Program-made: the position numbers and the translations under genes
The notes under the pieces: generated by a model
Told to the model about the DNA's origin: nothing
The model's input: only the letters and a program-made list of their open reading frames with translations
Database searches by the model: none
Shown: positions 1 through 9,424 of the stretch, one piece after another
Layout: every line of letters starts with the position of its first letter
Numbering within the stretch: position 1 is the stretch's first letter
Virus record (IMG/VR): IMGVR_UViG_3300046777_002658
Location: 32,001 to 96,000 of that record
Length of the DNA: 64,000 nucleotides
Reading direction: 5' to 3' (one strand)
From: a virus

Positions 1-1400
1 ATTTCTAATATATCTATTACTACATAAGTATTAAACCTAGATAAAGTCCAAGCCAAAAGCTCTACACCAGCTATAGGTAGTTGAGAACTTAGAGGGTCAT
101 TTCTGACTATTGCTCCGGTTAAACCACTACTATTTCTTGTCACCGTCAGAGCAGCAAGAAGAGCGATCGCAATCTGAGAAAACCTTAGATTATCCGCTTC
201 TGTTTGTTCTGCTGGGTCAGTTTTTATAACTCTTGGAATATTAATATCTGTAAAATCCTCTGTGGGGTTACTCTCTCCAGCAGCCCAAAACTGGACTCTG
301 ATTTTTAGGTTAGAGGTGGTAGGAGCAGATAGCTCTTCTGTATACCGAAGTTTGTTCCTTAAATAAAGGACAGTTGGTTGGTGAGTCTTTTGATTAACAG
401 TTGATGAAGCTTTGTTATCCTTCAGTAAAATAATCATACCGTTGAGAACTCTGTTACTTAAGGAGTTCCAGCGCAAACCCCAGTCAAAAGGAGCTTCACC
501 AGTTTTGACACCCGCTACAGACTTTTCTACTTTTATACTAAGCGAGTAAGCAACTACTCCTCTTGTAGGGGTTCTAGGATAAAAGTTTAAGTAGTGAAGA
601 TCATTTAACTCAAATGTACCCCCTGCTAACTCTGCTACAGCAATTAATGAATGTTCATTAAACATAAGACTGACTGAGTTTATAGACTCAGCTAGTTCAG
701 CTACTATCTGCCACGCTGTTGTACTAGAGGTGTATAGCCTGGATTCCACCCAAGTAGAAGTTAAACCAGGAGAGTACCAGCTAACTTTCACTGTACTACC
801 AGACTCTAGAACAATATCTTTAGCACTAAATATAAAATTAGGGTCAGCTCTGTCATCATTAGAAGTAGAATTAGAACCAGAGTTAGAGAACTCATAGGTT
901 AGGCAAACTCTATCTAAGTCAGCTAATGCTTGTTGTTCTATCTTATGAGACTGCTCTGCTTGCTCTGGTACTTGCGAAAGCTGACCTATCAGCAGAGCAG
1001 CTGTTAAGGCTGCACTAACTCTTCTTATACCATCAGAAAATATAGTTCTGTTAACTAAACCAGAAGCATCAATGTTAGGGTCAGCGTACATAACTTCTTT
1101 TACTTGGTCTAAGTCTGTAAAAAGAAAAGTGTTATCCAGCTTTCTTCTAGCAGAAGCCAGCACTAACGCTATTCTGGGGTCTGCTTCTGTTGTAGCTACA
1201 TTAAAAATTTCTAAGGTAGTTCTTCTTTTTAAAAGAACGGAGTAGCGCCTTACCATCTCTGAGTAAGCAACTAATTCTGGAGAGGCAGCTACAATCTGTG
1301 CCTCAGTTAAACTAGCTGCCTCTTGAGCTGAAATTGTTGGGGAAATACCATTAGGCTGAGGAAAGCTAAAGCGGTCAGCAAAGTTTAACGTGGTGGGCAT
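1..1400 (-). CDS. Partial virion protein (>466 aa, runs off the left edge); N-terminus resembles a Mu gp36/DUF1320-like head-tail adaptor
   Basis: Not in the ORF track. I translated it by hand from the ATG at 1400 (MPTTLNFADRF...) and found no stop to base 1. The segment IRRVSAALTAALLIGQL...EQQALADLDRV resembles the adaptor helical pattern; it follows the capsid genes. ORF is solid, function is tentative. Confidence 0.5.
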   Translation of the reverse strand, partial: MPTTLNFADRFSFPQPNGISPTISAQEAASLTEAQIVAASPELVAYSEMVRRYSVLLKRRTTLEIFNVATTEADPRIALVLASARRKLDNTFLFTDLDQVKEVMYADPNIDASGLVNRTIFSDGIRRVSAALTAALLIGQLSQVPEQAEQSHKIEQQALADLDRVCLTYEFSNSGSNSTSNDDRADPNFIFSAKDIVLESGSTVKVSWYSPGLTSTWVESRLYTSSTTAWQIVAELAESINSVSLMFNEHSLIAVAELAGGTFELNDLHYLNFYPRTPTRGVVAYSLSIKVEKSVAGVKTGEAPFDWGLRWNSLSNRVLNGMIILLKDNKASSTVNQKTHQPTVLYLRNKLRYTEELSAPTTSNLKIRVQFWAAGESNPTEDFTDINIPRVIKTDPAEQTEADNLRFSQIAIALLAALTVTRNSSGLTGAIVRNDPLSSQLPIAGVELLAWTLSRFNTYVVIDILE

Positions 1401-1402
1401 TA

Positions 1403-1987
1403 TTACTCTTCAACTCCAAGAATAAGATTACATTCTTTTACGACACTTGCCAGTCCTTTAAACTTCTCCTTGATATAAGCAACAAGTTCAACTTGTAAAG
1501 GCTCTTCTTCTTTAAGCTTTCCTAAATAAGCAACAATTGACCTCCAGTTATAGTTATCTGGCAGAGCTTCTTTTATAACCTTGTCAAAGTTGTTTAAGCT
1601 TGAGTCTAAAACTACCTTGACCTCATCTACAGGGTCAACAAGACCATTCAAGAGATTATTACCTTCAGCAGCATACTCAGAGTAAATCTCATGTAAAGGG
1701 TTTGCAGCAGCATCTTTAATAGGAGTAGCAAACACATCTTTGTTATCTGGAAAAGCCGGTCTAACAGGAGAAAGTTCTGGCACTACCTCTTGGAAGCTTA
1801 GTTTTGCATAGCTAGGTTCTACAGGCTCAGAGTTGGATATAACAGTAAAATCACTAGCTACAGGGGAATTGATAATCTTTAGACCATCTTGCTCAGAAAG
1901 GTGAAGACGATCTCCCGCCTCCACCTTTCTGGTTGTTCCCCCTATCTGTACTAAACCAGGTCGGTTAGCAATAAGACGATAGGACAT
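1403..1987 (-). CDS. Hypothetical virion-module protein
   Basis: 194-aa ORF tightly packed and co-oriented with capsid genes. Confidence 0.6.
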   Translation of the reverse strand: MSYRLIANRPGLVQIGGTTRKVEAGDRLHLSEQDGLKIINSPVASDFTVISNSEPVEPSYAKLSFQEVVPELSPVRPAFPDNKDVFATPIKDAAANPLHEIYSEYAAEGNNLLNGLVDPVDEVKVVLDSSLNNFDKVIKEALPDNYNWRSIVAYLGKLKEEEPLQVELVAYIKEKFKGLASVVKECNLILGVEE

Positions 1988-1993
1988 ATTTGT

Positions 1994-2782
1994 TTAAGGG
2001 TTGGCAAAGTTATTGTTAACAATCAAAGAGCTAGTTGCAGTTAGAAGGCTTCCAGCGCCAGAGCTTGCACCATCAGTATCATAAGATAAAACTAAAGTTG
2101 CAAGATGCAAAGAAGCACAGTCTCTTAACTCAGCCATAGAGTTAGAGCTAGTGTAAGGAGGATAGTTTGTCCCTACGTAGATTTTCTTCTCTACTGCGTT
2201 GATAGACAGATTTGACAGTGTAATAACTGGGCTTGACTCACCACCCCATGTTCTATTCTTACCTGTTTGAGCAGGAACTGGAGGAGCTTCAAAAATAGGA
2301 TTGTAAGCAACCCACTGACCAGCAACTCTTTTATAAAAGGTATCGGTGGTTAAATACTCACCAATATCATTACACAAAGCATACTTGTCACCGTTAGAAA
2401 CCGCAACTCCGTTTAGCAAGGTTGTTGGAGCAGAAGAACCTCTAACAATAGGTACTAGTTTGCGAGTTGGGTTCAGAAAGATGTGGTAGTAGTTTAAACC
2501 TGGTGAAACACCTAACGTATTAGGATTAATCACTAAAGAAACATCTGAGGCTAATGTAGATAACTCGCTATCTAAGTAAGCTTTACCAGAGCTGATATTC
2601 ACAGTTTGTGCAGCAGGAACTTTAGGGGTTGTTCCTGTACTAGCTGTAGGAGTCCAAGTAGGGTTTAAACCAGTAAAAACAGAACTATAAGGGTAGTAGG
2701 ATAAACCCATGCCACGAGCATCAGGGTAAATATCCTTAAGAGTGCGAAAGCCTGGTGCGGCTAAAGATTCAACTGGTGTCAT
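1994..2782 (-). CDS. Putative virion structural protein (capsid decoration or head-associated)
   Basis: 262 aa, Ser/Thr/Gly-rich, directly downstream of the major capsid gene; function inferred from position only. Confidence 0.45.
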   Translation of the reverse strand: MTPVESLAAPGFRTLKDIYPDARGMGLSYYPYSSVFTGLNPTWTPTASTGTTPKVPAAQTVNISSGKAYLDSELSTLASDVSLVINPNTLGVSPGLNYYHIFLNPTRKLVPIVRGSSAPTTLLNGVAVSNGDKYALCNDIGEYLTTDTFYKRVAGQWVAYNPIFEAPPVPAQTGKNRTWGGESSPVITLSNLSINAVEKKIYVGTNYPPYTSSNSMAELRDCASLHLATLVLSYDTDGASSGAGSLLTATSSLIVNNNFANP

Positions 2783-2856
2783 TTAAAGCCTCTTTTAAAT
2801 AATTTGTTTTGGTTTCTAGCTTATGCGCTAGAAACCAGATTAAGAAAAAACAGATA

Positions 2857-4170
2857 CTAGAACGTACCGTAGTTTAGGTTTGACTGCAAGATTTGTTTAG
2901 CAAACACATCTTCAGGTTCGCACACATCTAAAATGCAAATCCAGTGGGGGTATGTAACAACTGGGAGAAAAGCATCACCCAACTGCATAGTCATACCTGT
3001 AGTGGCGGGAGGAGGAGCAATATCAGAAGAGCGCATAAATAAACCAGGAGCCCCATCAATAGCTTCTCCACTACAGTGGTAGGTATAGCCTAAGGAGGCG
3101 CTGGAGTCGTTCATAGCAGTTCTAGCAACTACAGCCACCTTGTTAACTGGCCAGAAAGTCTGAATAGTACCTGTAACAGGGTCACGGTATAGACCATCCA
3201 TGATGCGGATTCTTAAACCAGCAATAGAAGAGATGTCACCACCTGGTCCCATAGTAATAAAGGAAGCAGGAGCCGCACCAGTTCCTAAAGCAGCGTTACC
3301 AGCCACAGTAGTTGTAGGTTGGTTTAACACTAACAAGCTTGGTATACCCATCAATGACTTGATGTAGTCGTTCTGCATAATGATGGTCATCAAGTCAGAA
3401 GAAATAACCAGCTCAGTAAAGCGGTTTTTGTTGGTATTATATAACCATTGTTTAATTAACTGTAAGCAGCTTATTAAATCAGCTTTTGGGTCAGTCCATT
3501 TTACTCCTGCACGACCGTCAGTAGACTTAAATAGTAAGGCTTCTGGACGACCTTTATCATTGACCAAATTACTGGCAGCCACAAGACCAGTACCAGTAAT
3601 AGAAGCATTAGCAGCTACAGTGGCATTAAAGCCATTGTAAGAAAAGAAGTTGTGAGTGGGGATGTTTGTACTAGCATTGATACTAACGTTAGTGCGAGGG
3701 TCTTTGTAGACAATACCACCCAATAAAGCCTTAGCTCGGAAAAGATCTTTAACACGAGCATGACGATTTAACAACTGTTGAACACGTTGTTTAACAATGT
3801 CTGCTGGGTTCCAAGCCTGATTAACAGTACCAACCTTTCTTAACTGGTTGATTAAATGTTGGTCAATAAAGTCATTTTCACGAACTACCGCTGGGTGAGC
3901 CATAAAAGACTGAACCCGGTTTGGCTCCATGTATCCACCGCTGGGAACACCAAACTTAACAATAGGAGTGATACCTAAACCTTCAATGACCTGTTCTGTA
4001 ACGATTGTTCGTTCGGGGATGTTTCTGTCAGGGAAGAAATCAGTTAAAGGAGTAATCTCTAACTGTTCAAAGGATTTAGCTAACTCAGTTAGCTGTAAAC
4101 TGCCAAGTGCAGGGATATCGCCTATATACTTATACTCACTAGCACCAGCATCAAACTCTTGAAGACCCAT
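2857..4170 (-). CDS. Major capsid protein (lambda gpE / Phage_cap_E-like, HK97 fold)
   Basis: 437 aa, follows the protease. LTDFFPDR, GITPIVKFG, P..VRENDFI, QRVQQLLNRHARVKDLFRAKALLGG and C-terminal AFLPVV match gpE-family patterns. Confidence 0.75.
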   Translation of the reverse strand: MGLQEFDAGASEYKYIGDIPALGSLQLTELAKSFEQLEITPLTDFFPDRNIPERTIVTEQVIEGLGITPIVKFGVPSGGYMEPNRVQSFMAHPAVVRENDFIDQHLINQLRKVGTVNQAWNPADIVKQRVQQLLNRHARVKDLFRAKALLGGIVYKDPRTNVSINASTNIPTHNFFSYNGFNATVAANASITGTGLVAASNLVNDKGRPEALLFKSTDGRAGVKWTDPKADLISCLQLIKQWLYNTNKNRFTELVISSDLMTIIMQNDYIKSLMGIPSLLVLNQPTTTVAGNAALGTGAAPASFITMGPGGDISSIAGLRIRIMDGLYRDPVTGTIQTFWPVNKVAVVARTAMNDSSASLGYTYHCSGEAIDGAPGLFMRSSDIAPPPATTGMTMQLGDAFLPVVTYPHWICILDVCEPEDVFAKQILQSNLNYGTF

Positions 4171-4210
4171 TAGGTTGTTTCCTATTAATTAATAAAAATT
4201 CGATTTAGTA

Positions 4211-5281
4211 TCAAACGTATTGACGATTTTGAGCCTGGCGTTCTGCTAACATTTGGTTGTTGGCAGCAATTACAGAGGCGTAAGGATTAGGAGCTGGAGC
4301 GTCTGGCTTAACAGCTTCGCTATCAACAGCACCCTTTGGTTCAGTAAACAATTGAACATTGTTAGCAGATTGTGCTTCATACATCTTCCAAAATTTCTCG
4401 CGCTGTTCCAAACTCAAGCCACCAGTTTTAATCATCTCAGAGAAGGTTTCTTTGCTTTCTGCGGAGATATTTAAAAGAGAGACTTTAGCAAGTAGATTTT
4501 CTTCGTCCTGCTTTTCCAGGCGTAGGTTAGCTTCACTAAGCTTTTGCTCAGTTGTAGCCAACTTAGTGTTTAAACCTTCAACAGTCAAAGTTAACGCAAT
4601 AACCTTTTCAGAAAGAGCTTGGTATTGATCTTCTAAAGCTTTAGAAGAATCAAGCGTAGTAGTTTCCAATTGAGTTGTCATTTCTTTTTCAGTAGTTAAG
4701 GGAAATAAGATAGTTAAGTTATTTTCAACGCTCTCAGAAAATTGTTGGGTTACAGCCTCTACTCTGGGCATACCAGTCAAAAAAGGACGATTAGTTAAGG
4801 CTGCTCCTCTGAGAACAGTACCTATAGGCTGTCCAGTCTTTTTGCTAATAGCATTTCTAGATACTTCTGCACTGGAGTAGCGGTATGAGCCTTTAGCAGC
4901 GTCTTCATAGGCTTTTTCATCCACAGGATCATACAAAGCATAAAGAGTGTCTGACTGCTGGTAAAGCTTCTCTAAAAAAGCTACAGAAGGAGCTCCTTCG
5001 ACTGTAGAATTATCAGTAGGATGCCCAAGAAATAATGGGGGTTCGTACCCAAGAACATTTCCATCCCAGTTTTGGAGCATAGAGTCAAAGTCTGTCTGGT
5101 CAAACTTTACTTCTCCATAATCAGGATGAAACCATTTCCCTAGAACAGCAATGGGAACCTTCAGGTAATTCTTCTGTTTAGAAAATACCTGCTTGATACT
5201 CCACAGACCATAAGTTATTTCAATAGAATTACCCATAGACTTTCTAGTGTTATAAAACAAACGTAGCTTGTAAATATACAA
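4211..5281 (-). CDS. Capsid maturation protease/scaffold (Mu gpI-like); probable start ATG 5236
   Basis: PPLFLGH, YRYSSAEV and GAALTNRPFLTGM are Mu-like protease motifs; C-terminal coiled coil fits a scaffold. Confidence 0.8.
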   Translation of the reverse strand: MYIYKLRLFYNTRKSMGNSIEITYGLWSIKQVFSKQKNYLKVPIAVLGKWFHPDYGEVKFDQTDFDSMLQNWDGNVLGYEPPLFLGHPTDNSTVEGAPSVAFLEKLYQQSDTLYALYDPVDEKAYEDAAKGSYRYSSAEVSRNAISKKTGQPIGTVLRGAALTNRPFLTGMPRVEAVTQQFSESVENNLTILFPLTTEKEMTTQLETTTLDSSKALEDQYQALSEKVIALTLTVEGLNTKLATTEQKLSEANLRLEKQDEENLLAKVSLLNISAESKETFSEMIKTGGLSLEQREKFWKMYEAQSANNVQLFTEPKGAVDSEAVKPDAPAPNPYASVIAANNQMLAERQAQNRQYV

Positions 5282-5311
5282 GAACCAAGAAAAAAGAATA
5301 GAAAATAAGAA

Positions 5312-6001
5312 TTAAATAACTTGTGAGCTTTTTTGCTTAACAAGTTGTTCGTACTTTCTCTTTATGTAAAGGTTAGTGAGAGTTTCATCCTTTACCCCGT
5401 CTTGAGTCATAAAAGAGGGAGCTGCTAACAAAGCTTCAACATATAGCTCTTGATCAGAAAACTCAGAGTTAACAGGAACAATAGCGTCTTGTGACTGAAC
5501 TACAGTTGCTAAAGCAGGTTGGGCAGTCTCTGAAAACATCTCTTTGGAGTCAGAAGAACCAAGAAGAGTAGCAGGGTCAACATGACTATCACAGTAGTAA
5601 AAAGGAATAACTCTTTGGTTCCACTTCTTACAAATAGCGTGTTCCTCAACAGGCTCATACGTCGAGAAAGCACAGTTAGAGCAACTAGCAGGTAAACGAT
5701 AGTTAGGTATCTTGGAGCAGCACTCTTCCTTAACCCAAGTATTCAAATAACCGTAGGAAGAGTAGTCACTAAACTTCTGCTCTTGCTGAGGCAACAAACG
5801 GTTCGTTGAAATTGCTGCTGCAGAAGCAGCAGGTTCAGTTGGCACAGGTTGGGTAACTGCAGCAACTGGTTCTTGTGCAATAGGAACTCTTGCTACTAAA
5901 GCAGGCTTTGGTGCTTCTTGACCGCTTGCTAAAATAGGTTCGATAGTAGGGGTAAAGTTGGGACTAACGTTAAGAGATTGTAGAAGATCAAGTTCTTGCA
6001 T
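5312..6001 (-). CDS. Hypothetical head-module protein with a Cys cluster
   Basis: 229 aa; CSNCAFS...ICKKW...YCDSH embedded in low-complexity Pro/Ala/Gln sequence. Confidence 0.6.
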   Translation of the reverse strand: MQELDLLQSLNVSPNFTPTIEPILASGQEAPKPALVARVPIAQEPVAAVTQPVPTEPAASAAAISTNRLLPQQEQKFSDYSSYGYLNTWVKEECCSKIPNYRLPASCSNCAFSTYEPVEEHAICKKWNQRVIPFYYCDSHVDPATLLGSSDSKEMFSETAQPALATVVQSQDAIVPVNSEFSDQELYVEALLAAPSFMTQDGVKDETLTNLYIKRKYEQLVKQKSSQVI

Positions 6002-6053
6002 AGGAATTAAGTAAGTCTAGATTCAAAGTACAGTAGGTTTTGGAATAAACAAA

Positions 6054-6680
6054 ATGGAAAGTTACGCTTTTTTAGTAGCACAAAGAGATTATTTAAAAAA
6101 GTTTAAGCTACTCTCTTTCCCAATAGAAAAGGAAGATGACAGTAAAAAAGGAATAACAACTATTAGCATGAGCGTAGTTTTTGGTGATGAAAGCCACTTA
6201 ATTTCTAGATCGTCAAGAACTATTCCTGACTTTTGGGCTAATGCTGTAAAAATAGAATCTGCTAGGCAGACTATTTTGTACAATCACAAGAATAATGAGA
6301 TTAGCTTTCTGGAAGCTGTGGGAAACATGGTGCTAGAGGAGTTTTCTAATAGTCTGGTTAAGTCTGCTTCTATAAAAAACTACTTAGTAACTTATTGGGT
6401 TGGCTTGAATAGGTATATAGTACCCCTACAGCCCAACAAGTCTCACTTGATTCAAGACTACGAAAACTTAGTAGCTTCTAGAGCCTTGTTAAAAGGCTAC
6501 ACAATCAAAGAGATAAAAGGCAGTCACTTCGAGGTTACTTCTGCTTCTGGTAGAGTTCAAGCTACGTCTCTTAACAACTGCACTTGTAGGGAATTTACAG
6601 ACTTTAACGACTGCTTACACAACAAGTTTGCCAGAGCAGTAGCAAGAAATAGACCGCATCTAAGTTACTTACTGAGGTGA
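6054..6680 (+). CDS. SWIM zinc-finger protein
   Basis: C-terminal CTCREFTDFNDCLH matches CxC-x(n)-CxH SWIM. Confidence 0.7.
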   Translation: MESYAFLVAQRDYLKKFKLLSFPIEKEDDSKKGITTISMSVVFGDESHLISRSSRTIPDFWANAVKIESARQTILYNHKNNEISFLEAVGNMVLEEFSNSLVKSASIKNYLVTYWVGLNRYIVPLQPNKSHLIQDYENLVASRALLKGYTIKEIKGSHFEVTSASGRVQATSLNNCTCREFTDFNDCLHNKFARAVARNRPHLSYLLR

Positions 6681-8096
6681 GCGGCTATTAACTTGTTTGG
6701 TGGTGGAGCCTGTTGCTCTACCTGCTTTACCGGCTCCGTTTGGTCCCACGTCAGAGTTATTAGTTTTCTGGCGGGGATTAATAAGCATTTCCTTAATGAA
6801 CTTAGAGTCATCTGCACTCATATGTCTGTCAGCAAGTTTAACCATCTGCCTAACCATGTTCCAGTCAGCCTGGTTTCTGGGGTTAAGGTAGCCATTCTCT
6901 GTGAGACCCTTAACCATTTGCATGGTAGCTACTCTATCCTCAGAGCGATCGCTGTAGACTCTAGCAAAAGTAGGTGGTATTTTGGCAGAAGCTCTATTAA
7001 AGTTCCACTTAACAAGTAGAGTTAGAATCTGTTTGATAACTGCAGTGGTTAACTCTTCACGCTTTTTATCCTTGATAGCACTAAAAACCTCCATTCTTCT
7101 TTCTACTACTTCAGGTGTCAGCCCACTAGCTCTATCACTAATCAAAAAGTAGGGGCAGATATGTTTGATACTCTCCTCATCAGCAAAACCAATAGCATCT
7201 AAAAATACGTTTCCTACCAAGTCTGACTGAGGAACAGAACCAACTTCCGGTTTAGCTCCATCAACAGTAAAAGGTAGCAAGAGAGTTTCTTGGATACCTT
7301 CATCACTTTCTAGCTGTTCTCTCAAAACATCTAAAGTAGTAACAGGTTCTTCTTCTCCCGTAGAAGGATTAACCCTCAGCTGAGAAGTAGAGTGAGAGGG
7401 ACTGACAATAAAGGTAGTTCTGTGACCTGCTTTCTGAAGGTAAATCATCATAAGGTCAATCAAAGCCTCTTTTAGCCTTTGCCACTTATAGCCTGGAGAA
7501 ACTATTGACTGACCATAGTAGTTACCATACTGGTTATCATTAGCTAAAAATAGGACTTTCCAAAGGTCTAGCTTAGTCTCTGCTGCATTAAAACCTATAG
7601 AGCTTTGGTAGATGCCAGCTTTGTGATACCCATCGTAACTGGTTGAACCTTCTTTAAGTCTTCCTTTTTTATCTGTGTAGATAGTAATTCCAGACGGGTG
7701 GTAAGTGATTAGATCTTCCAAAGTTAGAGTACCAAACTCTAACTTAAACATAATTTCTGAAACACTAGCTCCCGCCCAATCAGAAGTAAACTGAGCAGTC
7801 TCTAAACAAGACTTCCAGCTTACTCCAAGACTGTCTTCCATAGTCTTGAGGTTATTGTTTAGAAACTCAGCTATTTCGGCATCTGGATGGCATATCTCTC
7901 CAATAGTAGAGATTATGTAGTTGTCGTAAGTGTTGACTGCTGACTTAATAGTTAAGTCTTGTCTTACTAACCTTTCATTAAGCTTAAGGCGAACTTGGGG
8001 TAGTTTTCTGCTAAATTGATTTTGGTTAAAACCCCCTTGTTGGGTAAACTTACCTTTAGCTGCTCTTTTATCTTCATATACAATATCTGTTGCCAT
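6669..8096 (-). CDS. Portal protein (Mu gp29/DUF935-like)
   Basis: 475 aa, upstream of protease and capsid; AGASVSEIMF and NQYGNYYGQSIVSPGY resemble DUF935 portal segments. Confidence 0.7.
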   Translation of the reverse strand: MATDIVYEDKRAAKGKFTQQGGFNQNQFSRKLPQVRLKLNERLVRQDLTIKSAVNTYDNYIISTIGEICHPDAEIAEFLNNNLKTMEDSLGVSWKSCLETAQFTSDWAGASVSEIMFKLEFGTLTLEDLITYHPSGITIYTDKKGRLKEGSTSYDGYHKAGIYQSSIGFNAAETKLDLWKVLFLANDNQYGNYYGQSIVSPGYKWQRLKEALIDLMMIYLQKAGHRTTFIVSPSHSTSQLRVNPSTGEEEPVTTLDVLREQLESDEGIQETLLLPFTVDGAKPEVGSVPQSDLVGNVFLDAIGFADEESIKHICPYFLISDRASGLTPEVVERRMEVFSAIKDKKREELTTAVIKQILTLLVKWNFNRASAKIPPTFARVYSDRSEDRVATMQMVKGLTENGYLNPRNQADWNMVRQMVKLADRHMSADDSKFIKEMLINPRQKTNNSDVGPNGAGKAGRATGSTTKQVNSRSPQ

Positions 8097-8107
8097 TACT
8101 TACTTAC

Positions 8108-8518
8108 TTATTTAAATAGTTTTTGGATTGTATTGTTAGAAGAACCAAAGTTTAGTTGTCCATTAAATTTTTCTCTAGCCATCTTAGCCTCTTGCTCCTG
8201 CTTTCTTAGATCTCTGCTGCGTTCTTCTCCTATCCTTGTAACTTCAAAAGCTATAGCTTTCTTGATCGCATCAGGCAAACCGTAATGCTTGTAAAAAGTA
8301 TCTTCGTTAAGACCAAACCAGTCTGCAACTGAGACTGGCATTAGTTGGTTTATAGCTACTAAACTAGCAATGTCATACTTTTTAGCAAGCCTCTCAGCAT
8401 CGTTTTGAGAACGAAAATAGTGCTGTGCAGAAAATATCTCTGCTTCCTTACTAGTGTTAAAGAAATGTTTGGGATTTAGAGGATACCAATCAGGAAAACA
8501 AGAAAGCTTCCCTCCCAA
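8108..8518 (-). CDS. Downstream (gpT-like) frame of the tail assembly chaperone, probably expressed by -1 frameshift
   Basis: Its frame is open back to the GGGAAAG at 8644-8650; in-frame stops lie just upstream of that site; the track start is only a TTG. Confidence 0.65.
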   Translation of the reverse strand: MGGKLSCFPDWYPLNPKHFFNTSKEAEIFSAQHYFRSQNDAERLAKKYDIASLVAINQLMPVSVADWFGLNEDTFYKHYGLPDAIKKAIAFEVTRIGEERSRDLRKQEQEAKMAREKFNGQLNFGSSNNTIQKLFK

Positions 8519-8568
8519 CCTAGCACTAGATGTTATGGGTATAGGAGGTATGTACTTGCAGAATGGTA

Positions 8569-9345
8569 CTAAGCTGAGGTAACAGTTGTAGTGCTTGCTT
8601 TTTTGGATGGAGATTTCTTCTTCCCAAGCGCGGCTTTCTTCAGCTTTCCCCGCGCTTTAGCTGCTTCAGCACCATCATTGTCTAATAAAAATAAGTTAAC
8701 AAAAACTGTAGAAATAAACTGTACATCATCAATACGCTCTTCATCTAACAAGCACATTACATCTTTAGGCAGTTCTATAATAGGTGCTTGGTCAATAGAC
8801 TCTAGACACATCGCCACCAGCATTTCATCAAGAGTACAACCATTTTCTTGAGGACTCTTGTAAGAATTGTCAGCTTTCCATTGGGTAGAGGTGTTAGGAC
8901 GATTCAGAACATAACTCTTGCCAGAAGGAGTAATAGAACCAGGAATTAAAGTAGTCTGAGTTAAAGGCTTAACACGCTCTTCAACAGCAAAGTTTTTTGC
9001 AGAGCGAGAGTAGTCTTTGTCCAAAAAGCAAGTTTCAATAAACTCAATCATCATTGCCTGACGATCATCAATAGGAAAGGAAGCCAAACGTGATGGTAGG
9101 TCTTGTGCCTCCATAGGAATCTCTTTCTTACCTGTTTCGGTTTTAGCTTCTATTTTGGTCAACATAGAAGCAAACAGTAACTCCTCAACGCTGTAGTTGG
9201 GTCCTACTTCGCCCTCTCTGGTGGGATAAGGATAAATACGTTTAGCTTTTCTGTAATCTCCATAGTTAGGAGCTTGGTAGGTAATAGTTAGCTTCCGGTT
9301 TGGTAAGTCTGCTGCGTCAATAACTAATAGCTGTTTATCAAGCAT
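8569..9345 (-). CDS. Tail assembly chaperone (gpG-like)
   Basis: 258 aa with a slippery G GGA AAG near the 3-prime end, adjacent to the giant tape-measure-like gene. Confidence 0.65.
   Translation of the reverse strand: MLDKQLLVIDAADLPNRKLTITYQAPNYGDYRKAKRIYPYPTREGEVGPNYSVEELLFASMLTKIEAKTETGKKEIPMEAQDLPSRLASFPIDDRQAMMIEFIETCFLDKDYSRSAKNFAVEERVKPLTQTTLIPGSITPSGKSYVLNRPNTSTQWKADNSYKSPQENGCTLDEMLVAMCLESIDQAPIIELPKDVMCLLDEERIDDVQFISTVFVNLFLLDNDGAEAAKARGKLKKAALGKKKSPSKKASTTTVTSA
8644..8650 (-). other. -1 programmed ribosomal frameshift heptamer GGGAAAG
   Basis: Minus strand reads GCG CGG GGA AAG CTG; the heptamer is the same as the lambda G/GT site; the -1 frame continues without a stop into 8108-8518. 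Confidence 0.75.
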
Positions 9346-9424
9346 AGTAATAAGCTAGTAAGTTGGATACAAACTCAATGTAGCTTGATAAACAGAATGG
9401 AAGAAGAAGTTATAGGCTTGAAGA

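Noticed and set aside
3380-8851. Plus-strand short ORFs opposite capsid, protease, portal and chaperone genes
   Set aside because: Antisense shadows, except 6054-6680, which has a SWIM motif and its own space.
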